Shown: piece by piece, positions 26,001-36,900 of the stretch
Numbering within the stretch: the stretch's first letter is position 1
How the letters are laid out: each line of letters begins with the position of its first letter
Origin: Antedon mediterranea
Taxonomy: Eukaryota; Animalia; Echinodermata
Direction of reading: 5' to 3'
Assembly (NCBI RefSeq): GCF_964355755.1
Contig: NC_092670.1
Location: 36,258,388-36,322,387, forward strand
Length of the DNA: 64,000 nt
The notes under the pieces: generated by a model
Told to the model about the DNA's origin: nothing
The model's database searches: none
What the model saw: only the letters and a program-made list of their open reading frames with translations
Made by a program: the position numbers and the translations under genes

Positions 26001-28866
26001 TGGAATGTCCAGTAGCACTGTGCTCTACTGTAATAAAAAATAACATACCTAATATTCTCCTTCTCGTTAGTATCTTTATCGGTTATATTACAAGCATAGA
26101 CTTCATAAACTGCCCCAGGGTGGTACGTCTCATAGAAGGCAATGTTGCTAGGATACACAGGAGTTTCAAACCATAAATCTGCAACAACAAGAAAAATTTA
26201 CTTGTTAAGCTTTGTCTACACTATCAAACTGTATACTGTGACAAAACAATGTGATGTGCCCATATATAGACATGATGATGTCATAGCACTACCATATTTA
26301 AGCATATCTCTACCATATTTAAACATATCACTACCATAATTGGACACATCACAGTTTTTGTCAAACTAGTTTGATAGTGTAGACAGAGCTTTATTTGAAT
26401 ACAGTACCATATTCAATTCATTCAATTCACATTTATGAACGTCCAGAAGACAAAAGTAACAAAAACAAAAGGCAAGTGATAATACAAAAAAATGGACGAA
26501 GGCAAATCCCAAAAAGATTATAATCTTGTGACAGGATTGCCTTTACAAATTTTAATTAAGAGAAGAAAAAAAATATAAATAAAGAAAATAAATTAATTAA
26601 ACAATAAAGAAATTATAAAAAAATATATAAAACCAGTAGATAAAAGTTGAAATAAATGAATAACAGAAAAAAGTACAGCTGTATGGCATATAGCAAATAT
26701 GATGACAAATGAATAATAAAGGTAGCTAGTTACGGAACATGAAAACAACGACCATATCAGATACGATCAGTAATGAGACAAAAGGTAATTTTTAATTTTA
26801 TTATAGAATGAATAGCAGGTAGCAGCACAGGAAATTGAGGGGGGGGGGGGGGGGAGGGGTTAAAACAATATTGTCCCTTGATAAAGAGTTTACAACAGCA
26901 ACAGCAACACTGCATAAATGCTGATAAGAGAGTAGAGTTTGTATAGTGAGTAAGGAAACCTTGACTGGATTTAATGCCAGCAAATCCTTTAACTAAAAAT
27001 GTTAGAGTTTGTTTCTGCATCATGCTTCTGCACAATGCTGAATAAACGGTTATTTGACAATAGATTAATTATATCATTTGTAGAAATTGTTTAAATAAAA
27101 GGTGGTGGTAAATTTGTAACCTTACTCAAAATGATATGTGCTCAGACAGCCAAACATTATTAGATACTACAGTGGTTGACTCAACGTCAAAGATGATCAA
27201 TCAAATATTAATAAGTGTTATTCTATGTTGTGGCTAAAGTTGTGTACTAGCATATCGTATAATTAATACACAATTGAATGACTGTCTTAACCATCATTTT
27301 GAGAATGTCAGTTGAATGGTTTTAATATCAATTAAAGATTTGCATTGCAAATACAGTGCAATGTTTAGTGACCACAGTGGAAATAAATTGCTTTTTGTAC
27401 TTTTCTGTGTTTTTATCCTTGTTTGATCCACTTGATCAACAGAATGAAATAATAAATAAACACTATTTGTGTTTATCAACGGATTAACGGGAAAGTATGG
27501 TTAAAAATGTGTCAACGATGTTGATTTTTTAATTCATTTAATAAGTTCAAGGGATACCACACAAAAACTCACCAACAAAGTCCTGTCCTGCATAACTTGT
27601 TCTTTGGCTGTCAATTACTTTGGGCGCAGAGGGGGCCGTCAACCACCAAATCCCATAAGTTCTCTATAGATATCATAAATTATTATTATTACATTAATAA
27701 GGATAATTTTCACTTACACTACAGTAGGCAAGGTACATTATCCAAGCAGTACAGTATCTAAATCATGGTTTAAACAAATGATAATGATAAATAAATAACT
27801 AATAAATGGATTCATAAACACACAACATTAGGAATGAATGACAAAAACATGAGAAAGATACTGGTACAGTACAGTAGGTACCGTCATCTTTTTACACAAA
27901 GGGCTACTACAGTCATTTCTTTAAAGACACATTTGAGATGAATTTGGTTATCAATATGGACTTTATTGAAAACGAGAATATGAGGCGCAAAGTTATATTT
28001 GCTACGTGTCATATTTTAAAAATTTGTTATTGTTGAAATAAATAAGTACGCATCTAACAGTGAACACAAACTCGCCAATTACAGGATGGATATACTATTT
28101 ATAATTTATTGCACTAACTTGAGGCTTCTGGGAGTGGAGTTTAAGAAAGAATTGTGAGTTACTGTACAACTCTGCTGGCACTAGAGGTCAAGATTGAACC
28201 CCGGACCTTGGGATTGGAAGGCAAGCATGTTAACCACCAAATTACAGCTCCACTTATTAAAACGTACCAACACCGCTGCTTGTGTGTAGTCGCCATATTG
28301 GTTTAATAAGTTTGGTTCTCCAACCAGGTTGGTCATGGAGTATCCAATAGAATTCTCACGTCCATATTGAGAACTGAAATGAATGACATTAGAAACAAAC
28401 TGAGTCACAGCGCCAATCTTTTTCACTTGTTTCATTTTGCTTCCGTCTAGATAATTCTGAAAAAAATTTAATAAAATCATACATTATTGTATGTATTGAA
28501 AATATAAAAAATATAGATTTATAAAATCAATCCTAAAATATGATGCTTTATAATTTGATATTTACCCCAAAACAATTAACAAAAACAATGATTTTGCTTT
28601 AAACTTAACCAAAAACCATCGACTTCCAGACAATGGACATCTCTGATTTATTTATACACATAGAAATAGGCCTAGCCTACACATTATACTGACATGACAA
28701 TATTTTTTTCGCATTTTTTTCCCTTTCATTTAATCCAATTAAATTATTATCAGGTAATATAAAATAATGACAATTTAATAATTATAATTATGTCTATCCT
28801 AGGCCTAGAAAATAACATTAATCAAATTGTTTTCCTCACCTTTTTATTCCACGAATTTCCAGCCAT
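5012..28866 (-). CDS. FBXL4: F-box/LRR-repeat protein 4, complete 16-exon CDS
   Basis: Exons (high-low): 28866-28840, 28456-28268, 27663-27573, 26178-26049, 25574-25482, 24642-24542, 24163-24039, 22610-22470, 21951-21842, 20899-20790, 8068-7939, 7613-7521, 7259-7152, 6112-6038, 5813-5709, 5147-5012(TGA). All are GT-AG and in phase. Motifs: FSSQYG..SIGYSM, RTYGIWW, ETYHPGAV, DYYPEIDAI, F-box FDILPAEVIQLIFQHL, LRRs LDLWRAK and LDIGWC, C-terminal IKKSF. The first short exon (MAGNSWNKK) is the least certain. Confidence 0.93.
6642..7019. mobile_element. TIR MITE inserted in the end of a family A MITE (AT duplication; ISL2EU-like?)
   Basis: About 80-bp imperfect TIRs AGAGTATCACGGTG.TGACGTCAC...; removing the element plus one AT restores GTAGACATAGC. 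Confidence 0.65.
8216..9811. repeat. 21-bp minisatellite (GGGAGAGTGAAGGGAATGGAT)n, about 76 units; resumes at 16813-16857
   Basis: Directly visible. It accounts for the low-complexity ORFs at 7935-9910. Confidence 0.98.
9890..11760. repeat. 61-bp tandem array (about 30 units), left subterminal region of the EnSpm-type element
   Basis: Unit AATGTTGATCCAACGTTGAAATAACATTGTATTTTTAACTAGAAATTTACGTTAATTTATC; period 61 (e.g. 10082 to 10143). Confidence 0.95.
13015..14000. mobile_element. Non-autonomous Mutator-like (MULE) element nested in the EnSpm-type element
   Basis: About 85-bp imperfect TIRs (GCCGTGGTTAGGA.TCCGGCACCG...) with a 9-bp direct repeat TAAATATTA on both flanks. Confidence 0.75.
14316..15250. 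mobile_element. Non-autonomous pogo/Tigger-like (Tc1/mariner) element
   Basis: Perfect TIR CCGTATTTTCCGGAGTATAGGTCGA, TA TSD, and subterminal GGGGTCGACTTATA motifs. It interrupts a copy of the ~300-bp repeat also found at 2970-3260. Confidence 0.85.
16100..16762. repeat. 112-bp tandem array (about 6 units), right subterminal region of the EnSpm-type element
   Basis: TCAACGTTGATAATTTC recurs at 16221, 16333 and 16445 (period 112). Several AACGTT palindromes per unit. Confidence 0.95.
19448..20314 (+). CDS. Stand-alone NHL-repeat (six-bladed beta-propeller) protein, TRIM2/3/71-like NHL domain without RING/B-box; nested antisense in FBXL4 intron 10
   Basis: Intact 288-aa ORF with Kozak GCCATGG. 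Repeated G.G.GEF..P.GIAV....I.V.D..NNR.Q.F motifs end in RIQVF*. A splice acceptor ttttag lies at 19431-19436, just upstream. Confidence 0.88.
   Translation: MADSPLPDYSKKGKPTLVFGRRGFTQESLHHPLGLCITKEDKIAIANSKTNEIKIFSPDGEFSASYKLNSVNLMVDDGVTAVTTDPIGNLVCSYTDGHQVQVMTANDGKHKRDVMLDTKCNFKPWGVACSSTCFYVCDRQNACIRVFAADGKHMKDIGKRGTDPGEFTDPVGIAIMPNGKLAVTDFQNNNVQIFNEQGTYCCTYGTEGSGPGEFNQPMGIAVDRTGFIAVTEWKNNRVQILDAMGNSVTCFGEQGAGDGEFFSPSGVAITKDRQIVVGDFNNNRIQVF
21458..21825. repeat. About 120-bp tandem triplication with variable poly-C, in FBXL4 intron 9
   Basis: AGCAATCACCTTACCAATTACGCTC...CTGATGCAAAGCTACTTC occurs three times. Confidence 0.92.
24963..25141. mobile_element. MITE family B (about 180 bp, young), representative copy
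   Basis: AGCGTGGTTCCCACTAG...CTAGTGGGAACCAAGCT. Near-identical copies at about 13702-13880 (reversed), 29231-29480, 38946-39124 and 61032-61210. Diverged relatives at 39127-39280, 39440-39525, 43485-43610, 55781-55903, 60390-60520 and 62130-62435. Confidence 0.88.
25793..25930 (-). mobile_element. L2-type LINE 3' tip
   Basis: The minus strand encodes FKSLLKTHLF, followed by GGCGCTATATAAAT and a (TTGA)n tail. Confidence 0.65.
26208..26390. mobile_element. MITE family A (Harbinger-type, TWA TSD), representative copy
   Basis: TIR AGCTCTGTCTACACTATCAAACT and internal ATATCACTACCATATTT repeats. Other copies at about 1299-1467, 6548-6640, 7785-7884, 18122-18261, 18495-18660, 19207-19355, 21059-21211, 22729-22846, 23770-23890, 40794-40921, 46545-46679, 49098-49283, 51553-51661, 56041-56200 and 63160-63290. 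TTA or TAA is duplicated at 19207, 22729, 26208 and 56041. Confidence 0.88.
26410..27050 (-). mobile_element. Degenerate LINE 3' UTR fragment with (GAAT)n tail
   Basis: T-rich 3' UTR on the minus strand ending in TGAATTGAATGAAT; the coding remnant is weak. Confidence 0.45.
28180..28253 (-). mobile_element. tRNA-derived SINE head (degenerate); related head at about 7403-7460
   Basis: Minus strand shows TGGTGGTTAACATGCTTGCCTTCCAATCC...GGTTCAATC (A and B boxes) but no closing acceptor stem. Confidence 0.55.
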
Positions 28867-28899
28867 TTTGCATGAATGGTGTTTAATTTTAGGCCTACA

Positions 28900-29070
28900 A
28901 CAACAGGAGACCACAAACGCATACAATACGCTGCGGCTCCTCGACTTCTGATCGGCCAGAGTTACAAAAGCTTAGTTAGGCCTTCAATCGGAAATGATTA
29001 AAGGAAAAACTTGACGTTCGGAAGGAAATACACACTTATTATTTAAACACTTCGGAAGGTAGTACGACTA
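28900..29070 (-). promoter_or_regulatory. Probable FBXL4 promoter/5' UTR with ETS-like CGGAA motifs
   Basis: CpG-containing patch just upstream of the ATG, with CGGAA at about 28989, 29019 and 29053. Inference from position only. Confidence 0.35.
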
Positions 29071-31559
29071 CAGTAGACTATCTATCTCTTTAGCATTTTA
29101 GTAGTCCAAATGTTTTCTTTTGTTTATCTTTTTACCAACCTCTCTTCTTTTTTTTTTTGTCTGCTTTTTTCTCTAGGCTTCGGTAAATTGGTGGCGCTGT
29201 GTCAAAAAGAGAGACTCGCTCGCTCGCCAAAGCGTGGTTCCCACTAGCGACGCAACACAAGGACGTAACGCAACGCAAGTGAATTGACCAATCAAGCGAT
29301 GGCTTATCCACTAACTAACGACGCAACACAAGGACGTAACGCAACGCAAGTGAATTGACCAATCACAAGCGATGGCTTATTCGCTTGTGATTGCTAACTG
29401 TCTATAACTTCGCTTGTCATTGGTTAAAACGCTTGCGTTGCGTTTACGTCCTTGCGTTCCGTTCTAGTGGGAACCAAGCTTAAAAGGCCAGTATGTCTCT
29501 GAAGAAGAGAGCTACTTAATACTTTCTTAAATTCCCATTAGACCAGATATAAAACCCCCTTAAACCACTAGACTTTTTTAGTACGGTAGGTAGAGTGCAA
29601 GCTCTGCCATCTGGAGAAAATGAAAAAAAATCTACAAAATGGGTATAATAACGGTGGATATTTTTTTGTTTATCAAAAATATAAATCTGAAGAATCATCA
29701 ACGTAAAATTCAAGTTTCGAGTCATTTTATTTTTGTTGCCTAAGACTTTCTCTTCCGCCCCTAATAAAATGGTTATTTGAATCACTCCTTTTAATACTCA
29801 GTCTTATTTTAGGCCCAATAAATTATTTTATTGTAAATTATCGTCATGAGTGTATAGTATCTTTATATCGTCTATTGATAAGAAAACATTTTTTTTTTTC
29901 AGAAAAAGACAATGAAAATTTATATAAAATTATAAAAATCAAAATATTCTTTTGATTTTAAAAATCCTTTTTTTTTATTTTAACATTGATAAAGAAAGAA
30001 AGGTTGAAACAAAACCGAAAAATGTTGGCAATACAACCATATTTAATATGCCTTCCTACCTATTCAATAACAAGAAACAAGTCTGTTTTTTGTATCCAAG
30101 TAGGCCTAATAATAATATGTATACTGCACTGTGTATGCAGTATAGATTTTTTTTAATGAAACAAATGTATTTAATGTTTATACGATAAATCATTATAACA
30201 TGTTATAGGCTATGGGGCATGGCCTTCTATCGTTTCATTTCGTGATCCCCTATCGGGGGGGAGAATAAAATTGCTATGACAATTATAACAAAAATATAGA
30301 TAACCTTAAACTGGCCGGTCCCGCTTGTAAATTTTACGCGTCAACGAAATATGTTTGTTTTTATATGTATTTTATTGCGATATAGAAGATTTTTGTAGGT
30401 CAGTACAGGTCGCACAATTGACCAATCAAAAAATTTGTCTTTTAACTCATGGAGCTGTGCAACAGTAACTGTCCAATCAGATTCCCTTACACAGCGGGAT
30501 ACGGCTACTAGACGATCGTAAACAAACATGTGTTGTTCTTCTGGAGCGCGGAGCAGGAAGATGTCATCTTCTGATGATCAAAAACGTTGTTATTGACACA
30601 ATACATCTAATTCTGGGACAATATTAACATTCACAGAAACCAAATGGAAAACTTTTTTAATGTGTACAAAAAGTTGGTGCAATCTAAGCGGCAATCAAAA
30701 GGAGTTTTGTAGCCGCAAATCCTTTTGAAAATATTGAGAGGAGCTTACCAATACTTGTTACCAATTCCTGGCGACGCTGGATGTCATAAAAAGATGCTAT
30801 CAATATTTCACTGATTGTAGCAAACAAAGAAAGGCGAGCAGTAAAATATGAAATAGAGGATGTTAATTCATCCAACAATGAAGAAGGTAAATTCTATTTG
30901 TTTTAATGATAGGTCTAGCCTAGGCTAGGCCCCTACTTAGCCTAAGGCCTAGTAATTAGTTCATATCATACTGCCTTGCTAAAAAAAGCCTAGCTAGGTA
31001 GGTTGGCGGTGGGTAGTCTACAAAGTTTATTTTTTTAATATGTATTAAGCCTACGTAGAGTAGGCTAGGCCTAGTATATAATTTTTTTTAAATATCTGGG
31101 CCAACAAAAAATGAACCCATAATTACAATATGAATTAGGCCTAGCTAGGGTGGCCCCAGTATTATTGTGTAGTGGACCTAGTTTGATGGTACCTCCATCT
31201 TGCATTTTATTATTCAATGTGGTAATGCATGCAAACCTTGGCAAGTAGCCTCAGGCAAGGACAGAATGGACCAACCTGATGCTTTATGTTGTTATTTGAG
31301 ACATATTATTTGAATTCTTGTACTGCAATATTAAATAGTGTATAGATGATACTGAACTGATTATATTATTATATTTATTACACAAACATTTAGAATCATA
31401 AATATTATTAGTATTCTTTTTTTTTACAGAAGAATTTCAAGGATTAGAGTCAACAGAAGAGTTACTAAACGAAGGAGAGTTCTGCGATCACATGTAGCAA
31501 TTACACAAACTGCATAAAAAATGCTGAACGAAGTCGAAGAGTAGCCATCGGCTCACAAA

Positions 31560-32630
31560 CAATTAAAATACCAAAAGCCGAACAGCAAATTCCAGAACAG
31601 TTGAAAACATTTTTATCTGCTAATCAAGTTCTTCTTTCAAATATGAAGCATGTGTGAAGCAGATCACCTCAAGGGAATAAATGTATTCATAACATCATCA
31701 TTATTATGCCATTCTATTTCAGAATCAAATGGAAAAGTTTTAATCAAGAAGAGGCAGACACCAGAATGTTTGTGTATGCGAAGTATGCTGCACACCATGG
31801 TGGTAAAGATATTGTTACAATCAGCCCTGACACTCATGATTTTTTTATTATTGGATTGGCATTTTGCAAAAGTCTGCATGGCTCTCACCTATATTTCAAT
31901 ACTGGAAAAGATGCTAATCTCCGAACAATTCATCTGCAGGCTATTCAGGAACATATTGGAAATGATGTTTCAAATGCATTAATTAGACTACATTGCTTCA
32001 CAGGATGCGATTCAGTCAGAGCTTTTTTTGGGAACGGTAAAGTGAAGGCAATGAAACTCGTAATGGAAAACTCTAATTTATGCATTCTTTTCATTGGGCA
32101 ATTCTACCAGCAAACTTTCAGATGAATTACTTTGTGATCTAGAAACATTTGTATGTAGGCTGTACAGTATTGTCACAAGAACCAATCTGTCAATGAAGTA
32201 AGGTATGCAATGTTCTCAATGAATGTAAGAGCTGAAAATATGATGCCACACAATAAAGATACTGTATATAAACATATTCAGCATGCCAATTCTCAAGCTT
32301 CAATTCACAAAGCTAGTTTTATTCAACAACAAAATGCTCCATCTCCTGTTGGAAATGGGTGGAAAATGGCCGATAATAAACTCGTAATTGACTGGATGGA
32401 GAAGCAACCTGCTCTACACAGCATTCTCGAATTGTCATCCTGGTCATGTAAAAAGTCAAAATGCAATGAAGGGGTTGCAAATGAAAAATGCTGTGTATCC
32501 TTAGGATTCTCTTGTACAGAATTATGCTCGTGCAAAAACTGTAACAATCTTCTTCATACATCAGATGTTTGAAATTGATGGAGATGATAGCGATGATGAG
32601 GAAGAGTTTGAGCAGGAAGAACTTTTTAGT
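31560..32630 (+). pseudogene. Frameshifted Academ protein C-terminus: XPG/FEN-like nuclease + Cys8/CXC zinc finger + acidic tail
   Basis: EEADTRMFVYAKYA...SPDT and LHCFTGCDSVRAFFGNGKVKA (31706-32125); CKKSKC...CCVSLGFSCTELCSCKNCNN (32210-32572). Frames are broken. Confidence 0.82.
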
Positions 32631-32699
32631 GTAGTTTAAGTGTAATTTATGGTTTACAAATGTTCATTTTACTTGGTCTACATGATTTTAATGTAATAG

Positions 32700-33190
32700 G
32701 CCTATAATATGTAAATTTATATTAAACTATTTTGTAACTTAACTATTTTGTAACGTAACGGATGAACCATGAGAAAGTATAAATAAAGAACCCATGAGGT
32801 GATAAGCAATATTAAGACACAGGAGTATTATAAGAAACTTTCTACTTTGATGCTTACAATACATTAATATGCCTATAAAATGTAAATTTATATTAAACTA
32901 TTTTGTAACTTAACTATTTTGTAACGTAACGGATGAACCATGAGAAAAAGTATAAAATAAAGAACCCATGAGATGATAAGCAATATTAAGACACAGGAGT
33001 ATTATAAGAAACTTTCTACTTTGATGCTTACAATACATTAATATGCCTATAAAATGTAAATTTATATTAAACTATTTTGTAACTTAACTATTTTGTAACG
33101 TAACGGATGAACCATGAGAAAGTATAAAATAAAGAACCCATGAGATGATAAACAATATTAAGAAACAGGAGTATTATAAGAAACTTTGCT
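32700..33190. repeat. About 172-bp tandem triplication inside the Academ element
   Basis: TGTAAATTTATATTAAACTATTTTGTAACTTAAC...GTATTATAAGAAACTTT is present three times. Confidence 0.92.
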
Positions 33191-33860
33191 GTAATAATTT
33201 CATTTATTTGTTACTAATTGATTATAATTCTATGTTATACATCTACAATGAAAACAATAATGCAACATTTGATTTATTACTAATTGATTATAATTCTATG
33301 TTATGCATCCAATGAAAACAAAAAGTTGCAATTATATAGGAGAGATAATATTAATAAATATTTTGTGACAGCATAGTCATGAATTATAAAGATTGAAAAT
33401 GCATCTTCTTTTCAGTGTGCTTAAATAAATATTAATTAAGGTTTACTAACAGATACATTTCTTACAAGGACTACAATATTAATCTCAAAATTATGATAAA
33501 AATATTGCATGTTAAATGTGAAAGAAAGATACAGTATAAGTTATTCCAATGGAACGATTGTATTTTATCCAGTACTAACACTAACAGAAAATATACAAAA
33601 TAGAGGGCGCTATTTCTATGTATTTCTTTATGTTGAGAAATTCGATTTTTTTACACCTAAAATTACACTTATTGCGTAACTTTTGAAAGCGGGACCGGCT
33701 GAATTTGTGTTAATCTAATTATTAACTATAAACTGTGTGAATATCTTCCTCCCCCCCGTTAGGAGATCACGAAATTCGTTTTCTAGGCCTCTTTTTGGCT
33801 CATGCCCCATAGCCTATTACGTACTATATAAATATTTGTGTGTGGGAAAAAAAATATAAG

Positions 33861-33932
33861 CTCCCTGACGGGGAATTGAACCCCGGTCTTCCGCGTGACA
33901 GGCGGAGATACTCACCACTATACTATCAAGGA
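33861..33932 (-). tRNA. tRNA-Asp(GTC)
   Basis: Reverse complement TCCTTGATAGTATAGTGGTGAGTATCTCCGCCTGTCACGCGGAAGACCGGGGTTCAATTCCCCGTCAGGGAG is 72 nt. Acceptor and anticodon stems are paired, A and B boxes are present, and a T8 Pol III terminator follows 7 nt downstream. Confidence 0.93.
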
Positions 33933-36900
33933 TTGCTTATTGTCAGATCGACTTTTATCATACTTGTACATTGTATATCCACAAAGTACGAATTGCTTCC
34001 GCTTTTGATGTTGTGTATTCAACCGTGTCATACCGGTTATGGGGAGCAAAATAGGATCAAATAAATCATTGTGATAATATCAATAGATGAATATAGGCGA
34101 GTTAATTACAAACAAGGCTAAGACATTCAAAATGGTTATGTTTATAGCCTATTAAGTGGATTTACTATCATTAATTTGGCATCGAATATAATTAATGGCT
34201 AAATAATATTAATAAAGCTATTGTCACCCTGAAAATAATTTGGACGATTTTTGTTAAATATGCCATTTTAATGTCGCATAGGCCTAATAGTTGTTCACTT
34301 TGAAATTGGATCGAAAAAAACAATTACTTTACAATTTTTGGAAAAAAAACTGTCATTTTATAAGTGAAACATTTTTTTTTTGACGAAAGTCATAACTTTA
34401 AAACTACAAAATAACCTATTCAAACTCTGATTTATAATTAATCTTCATTTTTCATGTTTTTGAGGGATGGACAATACACCTCTTTATGTTTGGTGCTTTT
34501 AACGGCCAGTGTAATTGTTTGGTCATTTCAAATTTGCAGTAATTCTTATTACTATATTTTTATTCGTATTATTTTATTTATACGAGCATTTCTTTTCTTT
34601 ACTTCGAGTTGGTACACAGTCGGGTTAAAATGAATCCGAAATAAAGATAGTAGATCCGTGGATAAGATTAATTAAAATAGAGTATAAGCTGAGCGTGCAT
34701 TATAGTGCCAGCCTCATGTTTACGGAATGTATATTCCTTCTTTTTATGAATTATTAAGAAAATCTATATGGCCTGATGTGTAGACAATTCAAGTAAAATG
34801 TTTTAATCTCAACGATTATAGGCAACGTCTTTATATAAGTCAAAGATGCTCTCCAGGTGGAATGCCATCTTGCGATGAGTCGTAGTAATTGATACATCAT
34901 ACAGTCTTTTTAAATAATTTATATGTAATTTTACTTTCTATGGACCAGAAATTTCGAAATAAAAGATTAAATGAAATATTGCCTAATGATTATTATTCCA
35001 AGATTAATACATGAATCTGTTGTTCTACTCCTCACAATTAATACACAACACACGGCTCAGTCTCAACTTTTCAACATGATCCCTCATATCTGCAATTATA
35101 ACCCAAAGCATCCAACGTCTATGTAAAATGGAAATTGCGTTCTGTTTCCATGGTAACTGAAATAAATTAAATTATGCAAATTGACCTCCGTTTCAAAGTG
35201 TGTCTCATCAGAGAATGAATGTTAAATCTCAATTTGTCATTAAGTCAGTCGTATGTCTAATCTGATTAATTGAATTTGTTGGTCTATTCATTACTATGAG
35301 TAAGATATGAATGGGGCGCGAACTGAACCAGTTAAAACCGTATAGATACATGGTTAAACCATGCATTTACCGGTTCAATCAACTGCATACACTAATTGAA
35401 CAGTTTAACATGTTCAAGACACAGTAGTATCATGTAGTAACATGATAACATTTATATATATATATATTTATTTTTTATATCTTTGTTAATTTTGTATTTT
35501 TATAGTTTATTTTGTATTTACTGTTTGTATGTTTGAGGGTCCCTAATAATCAGCTTATGCTGGATGGATCACCCTCACCAAATATTGTTCAAATAAATAA
35601 AAAAATTCCACACATGGTCTATCCGTTCATCACCAGTTTATGTCCAGTTGCAAAAAATCCGTCTGGTTAGATTCCAAACTGCTAAAATTCATATCACTTT
35701 CACGGCATAAATTGAGATTTGATTATTTCATTTATTAGGGCTAATTTTCTTCTTCATGTAAAATAGGCCTCTATTTTGTATTTATTTATTTTGTCTTTTA
35801 TGGGTTCTTCCCACTTTGATTTCTTCAAAATTTGGTACATTATCTGTATTTTTATGTAGGACGTATATTTTCAACCATGATTGTGATTTTAGAGTAGCTC
35901 TAAATTCTATTATCCTGCTAAATTAAAAAAATTAATTAAAATAAAAAAGAAAATCTAAAAGAAAAATGAAAATTCACAACAATCAGAGAAACAAAAAAAG
36001 GCCTAATAATCCCGTATAATTAGAACGTTTTCAAACTATGAAAATGTCAGAGAAATTTATAATTTGAGTTCGGTATTGTCATCGATGGCTGAAACCAAGG
36101 TAATGGTCCTGGTAGACCAGTTATACCATGTGAAAAGGAGGGATTTCTGTGTACTTTTTGTTGTTTGTGTTAGATAGTCTATTCAACAACAAATTACTTG
36201 GGATACTCATGTTGAGCCCCTGAAGACACATATAATATGATAACCAAATGGTGAAGTCTATACCAAGAATAAAAATTATGGAAATGTTTTGACACACTGT
36301 TGCTAATTATTGCGTTCACTAAACGAAGATTAAATATCTTCTTTCAGACCAAAGTTTTATGCCCATTATTGACGTCATAAAGCGTCTGTTTTATATAAAA
36401 ATGCCTTGTTTATACCTGTCCAAGCAAAAAGAACTACGTCATATTATACGTCACGAATGTTATTGGGATATTTTGATGTCCGTTTCTCTGTGTTGGCCAA
36501 AGTCTATAATATTGATCTCAATGACGATAATACGGTGTGAGGTAAACGTACATCATGAGTCATTCGTGTTTCACCCTAAGGCTTCCCCACACTTGAGATG
36601 AGGCTTAAAGTGAGACGACCCCGAGAAAACAACAAATTCTTCGAGATGCCAACTTCAAAATGAAATATCGAATAATGCTGTCAAAGGGACTTCCTAAATG
36701 TAGCCTAACAATAATATCTTGGGGATGAATTGTCTCAATTAAGACTCTTCAGTTGTCAATTCTACAGAAACAGAAACAAATATTAATTTGCATACTTACT
36801 CCAGGCATGCGGAGGAGAAAGGAAAAAGATGAGTTAAAGCATAATTCTTAGGGTTTTTTTCTCTGTTTTTTTTTTATGATAGCAATTTTATATATTGCAT

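Larger units (their letters stand above)
30206..33816 (+). mobile_element. Internally deleted Academ (AcademX-type) DNA transposon
   Basis: TIR TAGGCTATGGGGCATG...CATGCCCCATAGCCTA with 3-bp TSD TTA. Further inverted subterminal blocks (TTTCGTGATC; GCCGGTCCCGCTT). Internal XPG-like and Cys-rich coding remnants. Confidence 0.82.

Noticed and set aside
35175-35215. Minimal hammerhead ribozyme on the minus strand (CTGATGA...GAAAC...GTC); also CTGATGA...GAAA at about 48355
   Set aside because: Stems I and II do not pair.
36790-36810. U1 snRNA-like start ATACTTAC
   Set aside because: The match stops after 8 nt and no U1 body follows.
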